Shown here one piece after another: positions 25,000 through 39,284 of a stretch of DNA of 53,885 nucleotides (within the stretch, counting starts at the first letter, position 1; the number at the start of each line of letters is the position of its first letter). Made by a program: the position numbers and the translations under genes. The notes beneath the pieces were generated by a model. It worked only from the letters and a program-made list of their open reading frames with translations. It searched no databases and was not told the origin of the DNA. This DNA is from Octopus bimaculoides (lineage: Eukaryota), in contig NC_068984.1 in NCBI RefSeq assembly GCF_001194135.2, positions 67,330,917 through 67,384,801 of the forward strand, in the 5' to 3' direction.

Positions 25000-26700
25000 A
25001 ACAATTCTTGTTTTAAAATGCCACATGTTTTATATTTCGATTTCCAGGTCCTTATATTTATTTAGTTTGTCAAATTCCTTAATAGATATATTTTTATCAG
25101 TAAGGAAAGTCGTCCCGAGGGTGGGGGACACTGCTGATTCAGAATATACTCTATAAGCACAGTAGAACCAGCAGCTGGAATCAATGGTAGATTGATATTA
25201 TAACAATAGTATTATTGTAACTGTATTATGGACTTAATAATATATAATTGATATAACAAACTCCTGCATTGCTTATATCAGATTATTCTTTTCTTAAGCT
25301 ATAGTGTCTAGAATATTTAACCCTTCAGGATTTTCTGAAGGATTATTCGGAGTAAAAACTGTTACGATATTATCCGATTTTATTAACATTATATCTCACT
25401 CTCTTAGACTGTTATTTTGATGTCCTTTGAAGCATATCTATGACAATAGAGATAACACTCACTGACATATAATGTTTTGAATTTGCTCATTTATAACCTA
25501 TAGTCTAATGATTTTCAATTTTGTGCTTCAGTTACTTTGTCGAGGATATACGTTATACACAAATCAATGATCTAGAAAACGTTGCTTTAGTTGTTAATTA
25601 TAATTGTATCTAATGTCTATTCTTGAGTAACCCCACAATATTTTATAATACTACACACTTTATATCTCATTTGAATGTAAATTTCTTACTAACTATCCAA
25701 TGTATCATCCCTCTACAATGTATCATTTATTTCATTTTATCAGTTTTGTGTCACCATGCTACACCCTATTTAATCACATATTTGAAACTTGTTACTTTCT
25801 TAGTTTGAGTCTATCCCCAAGATCTTTGTCTGGATAATTTACCTGTTGCTAAGGTTTCGGATGTTTTTTTGTTGTTCTCTACCATCCAGCTTCTTCTAGA
25901 TCTTCTATGAGTATGACAAACTACCCATGCAAAAAGTTTCATTTCTGATTTGCTATCTGCTGTTTTTCCTTTAATTTCTATTCATTTCTGGATCTTTTTC
26001 GTTCAATATTGTGTTTATTGGTTGCTCATCTCTCCAAGTATTGGTGTATTACTTTGAGTAATTGCCAGCTCTGGTTTCCTCTATTTTTTTCTTTTCATTA
26101 TCCCAATAAATAAACACTATTGACAGTGTTTCATGAACTGAATAATTTATAGCTATCAACATTCTTAAACAACAACCTTTTTCATAAAGTAAAACTTGCT
26201 CTTGTATTAGTTTGTTATATCTTGAAGATTCCCTTTCAAATGACTTGTAAAATTATATTACATTTTCTTGTTCCTCTTGATTTTTCTTTGGTCATTTATT
26301 TTGAAGAAGTTTTAGTGATAAATCTGTTTGAAGGAGTTATTTCCTATAATTTACATATTCCCGTTCCTTTTTTAAAAGCATAGATTCCAATCAATACAAA
26401 ATAGCTAAGGCGATATGTTTGATGGTAATACTGGCTAGCAGTACTCATGGAAATTCCACGGTAAATGCGAAAATTTTTAAATAGTTTAAACTTATACAGA
26501 GGCACAAAATTAGTGTTCCTTTGTAAATTGTATATTCTGCATAATTTTCGTTTAAATATACCTTTCAGTTCTTTTATATAAGGTTTTAATTGAAGGAGCA
26601 TGAATTTCCCATACTCTCAAAAGTTCAGAGGTTCATTTATAAATCATCTAAGAGCTTCACACTGATTACAGAGATCATTCATGTCACCAATATAACTTTC
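25000..26700 (-). mobile_element. Possible very old R4/Dong-like LINE N-terminal/RT-start remnant
   Basis: Minus-strand fragments SKSEMKLFAW...SWM (compare SKEEVEKFW...AEWI) and YILDKVTEAQN*KSLDYRL*MSKFKTLY (compare YLLPK...NYRPITCLPTMYK); many stops. Confidence 0.3.
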
Positions 26701-27237
26701 AACCGTATATTTACACGTTCTTTTCTAGTCGTTCTCTTTGATTTACATTTCATATTCTAGCTCGAATACGACCCCTTATCTGTTGTAAATACTCACTCTA
26801 TACTCTTTGATTTCTATTTTCCCTTCTACATGTTGGTGCTCCCGGGCTTATTCTAGTGTTTCGCCCCACTGCTTCTCTTTGCACTATTGCCTATTCGGTT
26901 GGCTTCATTTTTTTCTGTTGTTCGCTTACATTGTCTGTCATCTATATTTTATAAAGAAATATAAGTTTTCAAGCAAGCAGAGAATCATTAATCCAACTTA
27001 TGCGCATTTACATACGTAAATATTTACAAGTGAAACCATGGTACGTAGGTAACCGTTTTTTATTTCGTATATTTTCATTTGTCATGCATTTTGGCGTTTG
27101 CAGAATTTTTTCTTCTTCTTGAGAACATACTCTTCGTGGTAATGGCGATTTGACGTCTATATTTAGCATATTTGGAGTCCACTTTAATAGTCATTCCCTT
27201 TAATTTTGTATGTTATATATGTATATGCATATATATA

Positions 27238-27271
<34 letters not shown>

Positions 27272-28831
27272 AGAGAGAGAGAAAGAATGAGAGTAAGAGT
27301 GTAATGGGAGAAATAAAAAATGTCATTTATAGCAGGTGTTTATGTATCATTTATATTAAGTCATATCCATATACTATTATATTACTGGTATTTTTGACAC
27401 ACCGATACAGTTGTTAACTAACTAAACCCTTTAGTTTTGATAAAATAAGAACTTTAGATACACTCGTACGAATAGAATTTGTAAAGCGATGCAAATTCGT
27501 ATTCACGACTAATGTACAAATATGATACATTAGTTGTTATTAATAATTCTAGATAAGCTTCATTTGTGATGGATGAGGCCTTTTGATTCCATACGTTACA
27601 ACAAATTTTGCGCTTCTTCCTTGAGACTTCTTCAATGATAATATGTTGCTTTCAAAGTACACTTGAAATTCTTTAATATTGCATTTACTCTTCGTTTTCT
27701 AATACAAGAATAACACAAGAAATAAAGTTTGAATATTATAACAACATTATTATTGACAGCACATCTATTTAACAATTCCGACAAGGAAAATCTCCTTGTT
27801 GGCGAAAGTGTAGCAAAGAAAAGAAGCTTTTATAGGTTAATTTCATGTAAATTATTAAATATTTGAAAGAACCAAACGCATTTCTGTGAATGTTACAATT
27901 TTTAAAATTCAGTTCATTATAAGTTTGTGGAACAAATTAAAGAAAATTTATAAGCGTCGATACGTGCAGGATGTTCATTTTTTATGTCAAAAGAAATCAT
28001 GATACATTACTGCTTCAATAAGAACAAATAAAGCAACTTGGTTGAATAGACGTCGTAGCAGCAACCCAAATGATAGCTCAATAAAGTGTTTCACGCTAAG
28101 ATATTGATCGCCAGCTTAATTAATGTCGCATTTGAATTGCTTCAATGAACAAAAGCAACGTACTATTGAAAACAAACATGTCTAATAATGAATTACAAGT
28201 TATCACTGATTAAATTTTAATTATTTACTACTGATTTGCTTAACAGATTTAAATAATTGTTACTGAAATGTTATAAATTCAAAGACGTTAATTTAAATTT
28301 GGATAGAAATCTCACAATCGAAATTGAAAATTTAAGAAATGTTTGACATCCATTATATGTTTAGATGAATAGAATAATAATCAGAGAGAGACAAAAGAAT
28401 ATATCAAAATGAGGGTTAATTTAAAATTTGCGTAATGACGGACTAACTATTTTCATTTTGCTATTTCTCAAGATGACACGTGTTTGATGGGACTAGTCAG
28501 CCTAATATTTCATATTCACATACGCTAACACAGACATAAATATAATATAATATAATATATATATATAACACATATATATGCATGCATAATGTATATATAG
28601 ATACATTTACACACACATATATATGCATTTAAACATGTGCATACATACACCCGTATATACATATATGTGTCTGTGAGTGTGCCTGTGTGCACCAGTGTAT
28701 GAAAAAATGACAATTCTTCGCAGACCATTTCATCAACACATGAACTGACCGCGCAAAGAATTATTATCTTCCCTTTTCCCCACCCCTCTATCTGTCACTC
28801 TCTTTCAGTATGTATGTATATATATAATATA

Positions 28832-28868
<37 letters not shown>

Positions 28869-29437
28869 TGTAATTCTCTCTATATATGTCAATATCTATA
28901 TAGTAATCTATATATCAATATCGTATATATATATATATATATGTGTGTTTGTGTGTGTATGTGTATACACACACACAAACACACACACATATATAAGATA
29001 TTGATATATAGATATATATGTATCTATAAATCAATATTTTATATATATATATATAATCGTTGGCATGCGTATAAACATATACATATAACTACTTTATATA
29101 TTCAGCTATGGCTATATTGTATTAAAGATCATGTATATAGATATTTAGCCAACATTTTATGTCAGGAAGAATGTAAATATATTCGTCATAACAAAGTGAC
29201 GGTTAAAATTTATAGCACATTATAGCAATGAAACGTGGCACAGTTACAACAGCATAACAATTAAATGTATATTACATATATACCTATATGTGTACACATA
29301 CGCGCTTATATATATTATATATATTTATCCATACATAGATATCTGAATATATATAGATATACACACACACAAATATATACATATACATATATATATATAT
29401 ACATACTGACACATATGTAGATAGATACATAAGTAGA

Positions 29438-29485
<48 letters not shown>

Positions 29486-29824
29486 NNNNNNNNNNNNNNN
29501 NNNNNNNNNNNNNNNNNNNNNNNNNNNNNNNNNNNNNNNNNNNNNNNNNNNNNNNNNNNNNNNNNNNNNNNNNNNNNNNNNNNNNNNNNNNNNNNNNNNN
29601 NNNNNNNNNNNNNNNNNNNNNNNNNNNNNNNNNNNNNNNNNNNNNNNNNNNNNNNNNNNNNNNNNNNNNNNNNNNNNNNNNNNNNNNNNNNNNNNNNNNN
29701 NNNNNNNNNNNNNNNNNNNNNNNNNNNNNNNNNNNNNNNNNNNNNNNNNNNNNNNNNNNNNNNNNNNNNNNNNNNNNNNNNNNNNNNNNNNNNNNNNNNN
29801 NNNNNNNNNNNNNNNNNNNNNNNN
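29486..29824. other. Assembly gap (N run)
   Basis: N run after (TA)n; contains the 3' end of the adjacent SINE. Confidence 1.
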
Positions 29825-29948
29825 AGCCTAATTCTTATTCTGTCGGTCTCCCTTGCCGAACCATTTGGTGACGGGGATGTAAACACACTACCATCGGCTT
29901 TCAAGCGATGTTGGGGGGACAAACACACAAACATATACATACATACAT

Positions 29949-30014
<66 letters not shown>

Positions 30015-30143
30015 GACGGGCTTCTTTCAGTTTCTGTCTACCGAATACACTCACAAGCCTTTGGTCGGGCCGAGGCTATATTAGAAGGCACTTGCCCAAG
30101 GTGCCACGCAGCGGGACTGAACCCGGAACTATGTGGTTGGTAA
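29825..30143 (-). mobile_element. tRNA-derived SINE, family 2, with internal (TA)n(TG)n microsatellite
   Basis: Minus strand: GGTTCAGTCCC B-box (30113-30123), GTGGCACCTTGGGCAAGTGCCTTCTA..GAAACTGAAAGAAGCCCGTCG, then microsatellite (about 29925-30013), then the same 3' half as at 18535 and 39650. Confidence 0.9.
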
Positions 30144-31662
30144 CACATAAATGTATATATAATTGTGTTTATGTGTGCATTTATCTACATGTATGTCTAT
30201 ATATATTGAGCTAGGTATAGCTTTACGTATATATATACGCATATATACATATACATATTTATAAAGAATATGAAGGGTTTAATTCTCTGGTGATTTAAAC
30301 GAATAGGTGCAGTCTAAGTTCTATAGTTGGTCACCCATTAGGTTCCAAGTTCACATCTGAGGCTGGAGCTATATAAACAAATTCCGTACTCACACACACA
30401 CACACACACACACAAACATATACGCACATTCATACGTACATATACTCAAAATACTTACACAAATGCGCACCTATATATCTATAAATAGTGTGCGTCTTTG
30501 CATATATCTAATTGTAAGCTTCAGTCAGCCTTGGGAACATATTTGATCGACTCACACTAAGCTGAATCTAAAACAGTATGATAGAGTGCAGTGGTATAAA
30601 TAGAAAGTATTTACTTGAATGTCAAACTAATCCATCTGTACCCATGAATTATATATGTGTATATTGATATAAGGATTCGGTCCTGCTCTGGGATATACGT
30701 ACACTTTCAAATGCTAAATAACTTTGAGGATAACATTTGGAATCAGTAGGTACCATGACTACCGAAAAGTGGAAACCATACTTAAATTACAAGTATGGGA
30801 ACGTTTATAATTCTTTATGCCTTAAAAATATTGCAATACATTCATAGCCACAGTCGTATAAAAATTTTGGATCTAGACATATTTTATGTATCTAAATTGT
30901 CTATGTAACATATAGTGCGAAAGTATCAAGTCAAAAAATAATATCAATTGGAAAAACAAAATAACTATTCCCCACTCCAGAAAAGAATGTAAATGAAGTA
31001 GGTGTTCTTTCTGAAAGTGCTTCAAGTTTTTCGCTTGCAGAGAATCATATAAACATTACAAGGGAAATTACTACATTTTCTTCTGTCGTAATGCTGTTTT
31101 TATCATGTGAAAGTGAGTCATAACTGAAGCAAAGGCAGTCATACGGTTTCCGGCGAAAGCCTGAGAAATGATTATCATGATCATACAAGTTGTATGTTCA
31201 TTCATTAAAAAAATGGCTTTGAAATAATTGAGGATGATATTTTAACCCGAGGCCTAGTTAAAACAAATAGTCCTCGAATGATGTGAGAATACTTTTAAAA
31301 TGTATCATAGATGAGCTGTTTATAATTGAATTTCCTTATTCAGTTTTCTCGTACCTAATAGTTTCCAGGTGTTTACTCAGAGGCATGCGTAATGATCACA
31401 TACATGAATATCAGGTATTCAAAATGTAAATAAGAACAACTGAAACCGTGACGAGATAAATGTTCAATGATAGGAAATAGACGATAAGCATGACGAAGAA
31501 ACTTTCAAATCGATCAAAGTCAAAATGAGCAAATATTTTCGGCATGAATATTAATGTTATTTCTATACGATACAATCAATGCACAAAACTATAAAACAAA
31601 AGTTTTCATATGAAAAATCACGAATATGCCTGTCTGCCTGTCTGTCTCACTCTCTCTCCCTC

Positions 31663-31728
<66 letters not shown>

Positions 31729-31806
31729 NNNNNNNNNNNNNNNNNNNNNNNNNNNNNNNNNNNNNNNNNNNNNNNNNNNNNNNNNNNNNNNNNNNNNNNN
31801 NNNNNN
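31729..31806. other. Assembly gap (N run)
   Basis: Between (CA)n and (TA)n. Confidence 1.
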
Positions 31807-31878
<72 letters not shown>

Positions 31879-32270
31879 AAGTATTCATGTGTATCTATAT
31901 ATATATACATATAAGCTTCTGCACAAATTCATGATATCATTGAAAACAACGTGGTAAAAACGACTTCAGTTGCTCACAAATCTTACTACAGCATACGCAC
32001 ATCATAATCATGCATCCAAACACACTAGCCCTCATTAGTATAACGTCGCATACAAGCGTGCAACTCCCAAAGTTGCACAAAACTACTTCCCTTTTGGTAC
32101 CAGAGGATAGAAATATCATTCCTTCAGGGCCACTGCCGGTCATTCATACTCTGCCTCTTTTAACATGATTGATGTTCAGGAAAACGACTACGTCCTTTTT
32201 TCCTCATTTCCTCTACATTCTCTACACCTTTACCTTCTGGTTCTCTGTCACTCACGTCCATTACATTCTA

Positions 32271-32329
<59 letters not shown>

Positions 32330-33044
32330 NNNNNNNNNNNNNNNNNNNNNNNNNNNNNNNNNNNNNNNNNNNNNNNNNNNNNNNNNNNNNNNNNNNNNNN
32401 NNNNNNNNNNNNNNNNNNNNNNNNNNNNNNNNNNNNNNNNNNNNNNNNNNNNNNNNNNNNNNNNNNNNNNNNNNNNNNNNNNNNNNNNNNNNNNNNNNNN
32501 NNNNNNNNNNNNNNNNNNNNNNNNNNNNNNNNNNNNNNNNNNNNNNNNNNNNNNNNNNNNNNNNNNNNNNNNNNNNNNNNNNNNNNNNNNNNNNNNNNNN
32601 NNNNNNNNNNNNNNNNNNNNNNNNNNNNNNNNNNNNNNNNNNNNNNNNNNNNNNNNNNNNNNNNNNNNNNNNNNNNNNNNNNNNNNNNNNNNNNNNNNNN
32701 NNNNNNNNNNNNNNNNNNNNNNNNNNNNNNNNNNNNNNNNNNNNNNNNNNNNNNNNNNNNNNNNNNNNNNNNNNNNNNNNNNNNNNNNNNNNNNNNNNNN
32801 NNNNNNNNNNNNNNNNNNNNNNNNNNNNNNNNNNNNNNNNNNNNNNNNNNNNNNNNNNNNNNNNNNNNNNNNNNNNNNNNNNNNNNNNNNNNNNNNNNNN
32901 NNNNNNNNNNNNNNNNNNNNNNNNNNNNNNNNNNNNNNNNNNNNNNNNNNNNNNNNNNNNNNNNNNNNNNNNNNNNNNNNNNNNNNNNNNNNNNNNNNNN
33001 NNNNNNNNNNNNNNNNNNNNNNNNNNNNNNNNNNNNNNNNNNNN
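32330..33044. other. Assembly gap (N run)
   Basis: After (TA)n. Confidence 1.
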
Positions 33045-33056
33045 GTGCGTGTAAGT

Positions 33057-33129
<73 letters not shown>

Positions 33130-33131
<2 letters not shown>

Positions 33132-33800
33132 AAATTGGACAAGAACGCAAAACATCCAGACAGACGATACAAAGAAAACAAAGACGGGTCATTCAGAGTT
33201 TTCTTTCCTCAGTCGCGTCCCAGACTATCTTTGCAATTTCTGCTGGTTATACTCGAGATTGCTCCAGTCTGGCCAGCCCCAAGGAAAAACTAAGCTAAGA
33301 GCATTAGATTCCTTGGAAGAAAGCAGCGAATGCATACGAAAACAAGGTCGAAAAACAAACAAACGGAGTTTGTAACACAAATACAAATGCAAATAACAGG
33401 ATATAACAAGAGGTGTCTTTCGACTAAGGACGAATTAAATCAAGCTGGCGTGTGTGCCTTACGGCAGGGACATAGGATTTGATAGGAACAGGGAGGAATA
33501 TAGAAGTTGCACGGATAGTAGTCAAACCAAGAAAGAAAGATCAGGCTTGGCCGAACACCGGTCACGTGGGGGGAGAGAAGAGAGAGAGGTAGAGGCAGAG
33601 GGATAGAGGAATTAAGGAGGGGCGAGAAAAAAAATGAAAGGGACACAGTGAAGTGAAAGAAGAGGGAAAGTGAGTATGAAGAGAAAGCCAGGAAACATGA
33701 GAGAGGGGGAACAAAAGAATGAAGAGTGGAATGAACGAAGTAAGCGTGAAAGGGCTGATAGAAGAAAATAATGAAAGAATAGAAAGAATAATAGAGTCGT
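33130..33800. mobile_element. Unclassified interspersed repeat with purine-rich end (possibly Penelope-related)
   Basis: GC-elevated body followed by a long GA-rich segment (33570-33790), the same architecture as the repeat at 675-1050, and flanked by (TA)n. Classification is recall-based. Confidence 0.45.
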
Positions 33801-33810
33801 ACAAAATTTA

Positions 33811-33857
<47 letters not shown>

Positions 33858-33876
33858 NNNNNNNNNNNNNNNNNNN
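33858..33876. other. Assembly gap (N run)
   Basis: After (TA)n. Confidence 1.
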
Positions 33877-35289
33877 CCTCACAGATTGCATGAGTATATA
33901 TTAAATTTAGAAAAATGTATATATACATATATATATATGTGTATAACAATTGGCAATTAAAAAAATTAAAATTAAAAATTTATTAGCACAACAGTATTTT
34001 ATATTATATGCTTATAATAATAGAATGTAATAAGTAATAAATATTAAATATAGATCACATACAAATATTTCAATTCTTGGCAATAAGAAAATTATGAAAT
34101 TCATTGTTTTTTGGCAAGGATCTTCTCAGAGTATTTCTTATAAATATCACGATTCGCAAACCCAAGAATACTGAATTTAAATATATTTGTTTACAAGCGA
34201 GAGCGTTATTAATTAAAAAATAACGAAAAAAATATATATAAATAGAAAAAATAAACTATTATAACGGCCTTAAAATATATTTGTATGTTATTAAGTATTC
34301 TAATCTAAATATATCTTGGCATATAAGTTTTTTAAAATACCAGGAACAAAATTTTTAAAAACTATTTAAAAAGATCATGGCTAAATAAGAAATAGACCTT
34401 TCATTCTTTCATATTATGAAAACACATATAATAATAATACGCTATTTATCTATTGGTAAATAGCAAAATAATATTTTTGAAATACTATATCATATCTAGT
34501 CAAATAATATAAATTACATTGCATTAATTATTTGTAATAATCATAACTAAAAATAAAAGTTGAATAATTAAAAATTACGTAATTTATATAAGAAATAAAC
34601 TTTCTAAAAAATAATATCATAACAACAATATTATTGTTGAAATTAAATAAATGATGAATTAAGCAGTTTTCCAAACAAATTTAATCACAAGGAAGTAATT
34701 TTGATAATTACTAATTTGCATGCTAAAAATATTTCCAAAATTAAAATTAAAATTCAGACTACTTAGATTTTTAGAGGAAAAATCTTGTGGTGTTTATATG
34801 CGCTTAAACTTACGGAAGAATAGGAGGGACATACTTTTTCAAAAGTAATTTACAAAGTATGTTTTTAATATGGAGCACAACAAATATCATTTACGCAAGA
34901 ATAATTTTAATCTATACGCATTTCTATATAAATAAATGAAAATTTCTAATTTTCTGGAGAAATGATTCACTTTAAACCAATATGTTTATAATTCAATGCT
35001 TAGATAGTATAATACGAGGAATATATAATATTTAGACTAGTTTCTACTATAAAATATAATATAAACTAATATCATTGCATTTAAGATTATTCAGTATAAA
35101 ATAACGTAAGTTTAAAGATTCCCCAAAATTTCAGTACCCATATACAATATATATAAATTTATAAATAACTTCCTATATATAACGTTAACACTCGATTAGG
35201 ATGACTTATACATATTTCCACGACGTATTAAAGGTGAAAATATATGTTCGTATATGAATGCTCATGCAGTTGATACATATTCCGATGGA

Positions 35290-35497
<208 letters not shown>

Positions 35498-37020
35498 CTT
35501 ATTACGATTCTATTAAATTTCCTATACCTTTAGTTATATACCACAAATGCACCAGTAATTTCAATTTCAGCAGAATATTTTCGCTATATGAAGCCATATT
35601 AAAATGATATAATATTTACTCGCTACGTGTTATAGGAAAACATTGTAAGCTTCCGGAATGCAGAGATAAAATTTCCGGTGAAAGCTATTTTGTTACATTT
35701 ACATTACTAATGCTTTTTCACACATCATCAATGATTTCTAAAACCCTCTGCATAAGAAACCTGTATATTTATTCCAAAGTAATAAATGCTACCAATGAAA
35801 TGCTTAATATAGAATATCATTGTTAATAAGTACATATTTAATATGAAATTTCATGTCCGATCCCCTGTTTTGTCCTCTAAGTCTATATATATATTTGTAT
35901 GTCTGTATTCATACATTATATGTATAAATAGTTTTGTGTCTTGTATATGAATATATTTGATTAATATGTATATATATATATATAAAGATATATGTACGTG
36001 TATATATATGTATCGATCTATTTCTATATACATATATATTTTACATGCTCGTGCGCTCGTTCGTGAGTTGGTATATCATGTATCTACATATGTATGTAGT
36101 CGTACAACGTATATTCATCACACTGGTTACAATAAAAGACAAATATTTCTTCTGTTAGATATTGTGCTACGAAACACCAAATATTATTGGCGTGCATTTG
36201 TTAAAACTGATAATATGAAAAGCTTATGTCTATCAATCACTATCTATCTATCTATCTATCTATCTATGATCTGCCTATGTATAGGGTGGGAGAGTGTTTC
36301 TTTTACGGGTTATGACTTTACTGGAGCTTCGCCATGATTTTCGTCTATAGGTAATATATTTTTTCACACGAATGCACACCTAAACAATTCACTCGTTTAT
36401 ACTCATATCCTTAGAATTATACATAAGCAAGTTTCATACATATGACTGTATATCACTTACACATCGATACACTGATTAAGCCTCCTGGACACAATCAACT
36501 ATTAGCACTTTATTATTTGATACTTGCTTTTTTCATAAGCCTCAACGACATCGTATTCTTAATGAAAAGAGTATCTCCAATATTGTGGAATTATCGGTTT
36601 CATTGGCTTTGCCTGAATGTACGTGAGTTCGAAACTGGGTCGCGGTTTTCAAGGAATTTGTGAAAAGCGTTGCAAAAATGTGAAGGAATACAATACTATC
36701 ACGTGTGTTGGTTTTAAACAGCAAATAAGCAATATAATTAGCTATAGTGCAAAGTTATACGCATAATCAGAGAAAATGTTAAGACAGACCTATTCTTCCA
36801 CTATAATAATAAATAGACCATCAAATATTCAGATAAGCCTTTGTCGGTAAAACAAATACAGAATGGCTTATTCATACAGGAATCTCGAGAAAAAAAATCA
36901 CCCTGTAAGTTATAATTCTTTTGAAAAGATATATTCACACAAATGAAGAAATATAATAGTAATAATAAAAATAATTTCAAATTTTGACATAAAGTCAGCA
37001 ATTTTGGTGGAGGATAAATG

Positions 37021-37179
37021 GATTACAAGGACCTCAGTGTCAAACTAATATTTATTTTATCGACCCGAAATGGGTCGATAAGGCAATGTTGACCCCAGCA
37101 GAATTTGAACTCAGACGGACGAAATGACGGTAAGCATTTCGCCCGGCATGCTAACGATTTTGCCAGCTGGCTTCCTTAA
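37021..37179 (-). mobile_element. tRNA-derived SINE, family 1
   Basis: TTATTTTATCGACCCG...GCAGAATTTGAACTCAG...AAGCATTTCGCCCGGCATGCTAACGATTTTGCCAGCT..CCTTAA is the reverse complement of the head seen at 53575. Confidence 0.85.
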
Positions 37180-37189
37180 GAATTCTTTT

Positions 37190-37396
37190 TTTTTTACAGG
37201 AGTAACGCTTGAAATTTTGAGGGAGGCGGCTAGTCGACCAAACCTGATCCGGTGCTCGTCTGTTACTTATTTTATCGACTCCAAGAGGACGAAAGGCAAT
37301 GTCGACCTCGGCGTAATTTGAAAGCAGAACGTAAAGCCGGAAGAAATGTTTCTAAACATTTTGTTCGGCGTACTAACGATTCTGCCACCGCCTTAA
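37190..37396 (-). mobile_element. tRNA-derived SINE, family 1 (near full length)
   Basis: TACTTATTTTATCGACTCCAAGAGGACGAAAGGCAATGTCGACCTCGGCGTAATTTGAA..CAGAACGTAAAG...CTAACGATTCTGCCACCGCCTTAA. Confidence 0.85.
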
Positions 37397-37439
37397 TTAA
37401 TTGTAATGATAGTAGTAGTAGTAGTGTTTCTAATATATA

Positions 37440-37540
37440 CACAAGAACAGGAATACAGGGACGGGGATTCGTCGACAACGTCGACACCAGTACCTTATTT
37501 TATTGATCCTCAAAGGAGGAAAAGCAAAATTGATTCTGTC
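37440..37540 (-). mobile_element. Degraded family-1 SINE fragment
   Basis: GTCGACACCAGTACCTTATTTTATTGATCCTCAAAGGAGGAAAAGCAAAATTGA resembles the reverse-complement core. Confidence 0.6.
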
Positions 37541-38402
37541 AGACACACATTATTAATAGCAATATTAATAATGATTATTTTTTGCAATCATTTCAGCAAA
37601 CGTAAATTTCTAAGACCACAAATTTTCGACAAGAATGTATTTGATCTTTCATTATGTTGTCAATCTACAACAAATAAAAAGATGTTCAAGTGGAATTTGG
37701 AAGTTAGCGTTCAAACAGACATACGGAATATTATCCTGAATATTTCCTTTTTGTCACTACATTCACACAGCATCATAAATTCCAAATTAATCGAAGGCAG
37801 CACACGTTTATTACCAGTATTATTGATTCCGCTCTGATAATTGATTGGTACCTATTTCACTGGCTTCGAAAGGCAAAGAGGAAACTGGTAAAATTTGAAC
37901 TCATAACGTAAAGGAATGCAAAGAAGGACACTTAGTCAGACATACTAGTATAACTGAATCACATATTTACATCTATATATTGAGTAAAGAAAAACCACAT
38001 GAATTTCGCTTTACACGTAACAATGGAGGGTAATTTAACGCTTTGAGCAGTTAAGCTAGAATAATTACGAATTCTATTTATATTAGTTACCAGAAATGAA
38101 TGTAACAAACAGCCATTTGACACAGTATCATGATTTTCCTCTCAGACTTAATTTCCTTCGAAAACTTTTAGTTATATTATTGATTTTTATGTTGAGAAAG
38201 CAATACGACGAATCTCTATATACACAATAGAATATAATACTGAAACACACGCATGGTACATTTGCAGCAATATGTAAACGTGGAGAGACACAACTCTTCA
38301 ATTATATATTATATTATATCATACGCTGACGTTTAGTTATATTTACACACATAGGCACACCACATATAAATACATATCTGTATGTTTACCTGCATATGTA
38401 TG

Positions 38403-38479
<77 letters not shown>

Positions 38480-39284
38480 TTAGGGAAAATAACCGATTTT
38501 CAAGAACTCATCGATGAAATTTTGAGGAACGCGGCTAAAACTATATATATTTTATATATACTTTATCTATAAGGCTCAATTTAATTTTAATTTTTTATAA
38601 ATTGATTTTAATTGAGTTTTTACCTGTAATTTTGGATTTTGTCCCTAATAATATTATTATATATATATATATGAGTGTGCATACATCTGTGTATATCTGC
38701 GTGTACATGTAAGTATGTTTAGTGTATATCTGCGTGAGCGTGTGAGTGTGTGTACATCTGTTTGTAGTGTGAAATGGGTGCATATACATAAAATTTAGTG
38801 TGCATACACGCTTTTGCATACGTCATCATGCTAAAATATATGAGTTATCGTGATAGGAAAATGTTGAACTCTGTCTATGTATATATTCAGTCTGCCTGTC
38901 TCTCACTCTATTTCACTATCTATCTATCTATCTATCTGTCTATCTACCAAACTAAATTTCCTACTAGCGCGCATTCACAAACACACACACATACACACAC
39001 ACGCATACATACACACACACACACACACACATGTAAATATCCACCATGAACTAGCAATTAGGAATATTAATACTGTTAAATTGTTGCCGTAGCAAGTTTT
39101 AAATTCTTATTTGCAGGGTAATAATTAAAAATGCATTCTTTTAGGGCGAAACAGAATAAGTGTACAATAAAGTGTTAAAGGGAAGCGGGATTTACGTTAT
39201 TGATGGTACCGCATGAAAGTGGTATAAAGAAATATATACAATGTATATTATATGTACGTATATATATATATATATATATATATA

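Noticed and set aside
21850-26700. Idea that the two R4-like pieces are one twin-primed (5'-inverted) insertion
   Set aside because: The inverted piece lies downstream of, not upstream of, the 3' piece, and the minus-strand assignment is itself weak.
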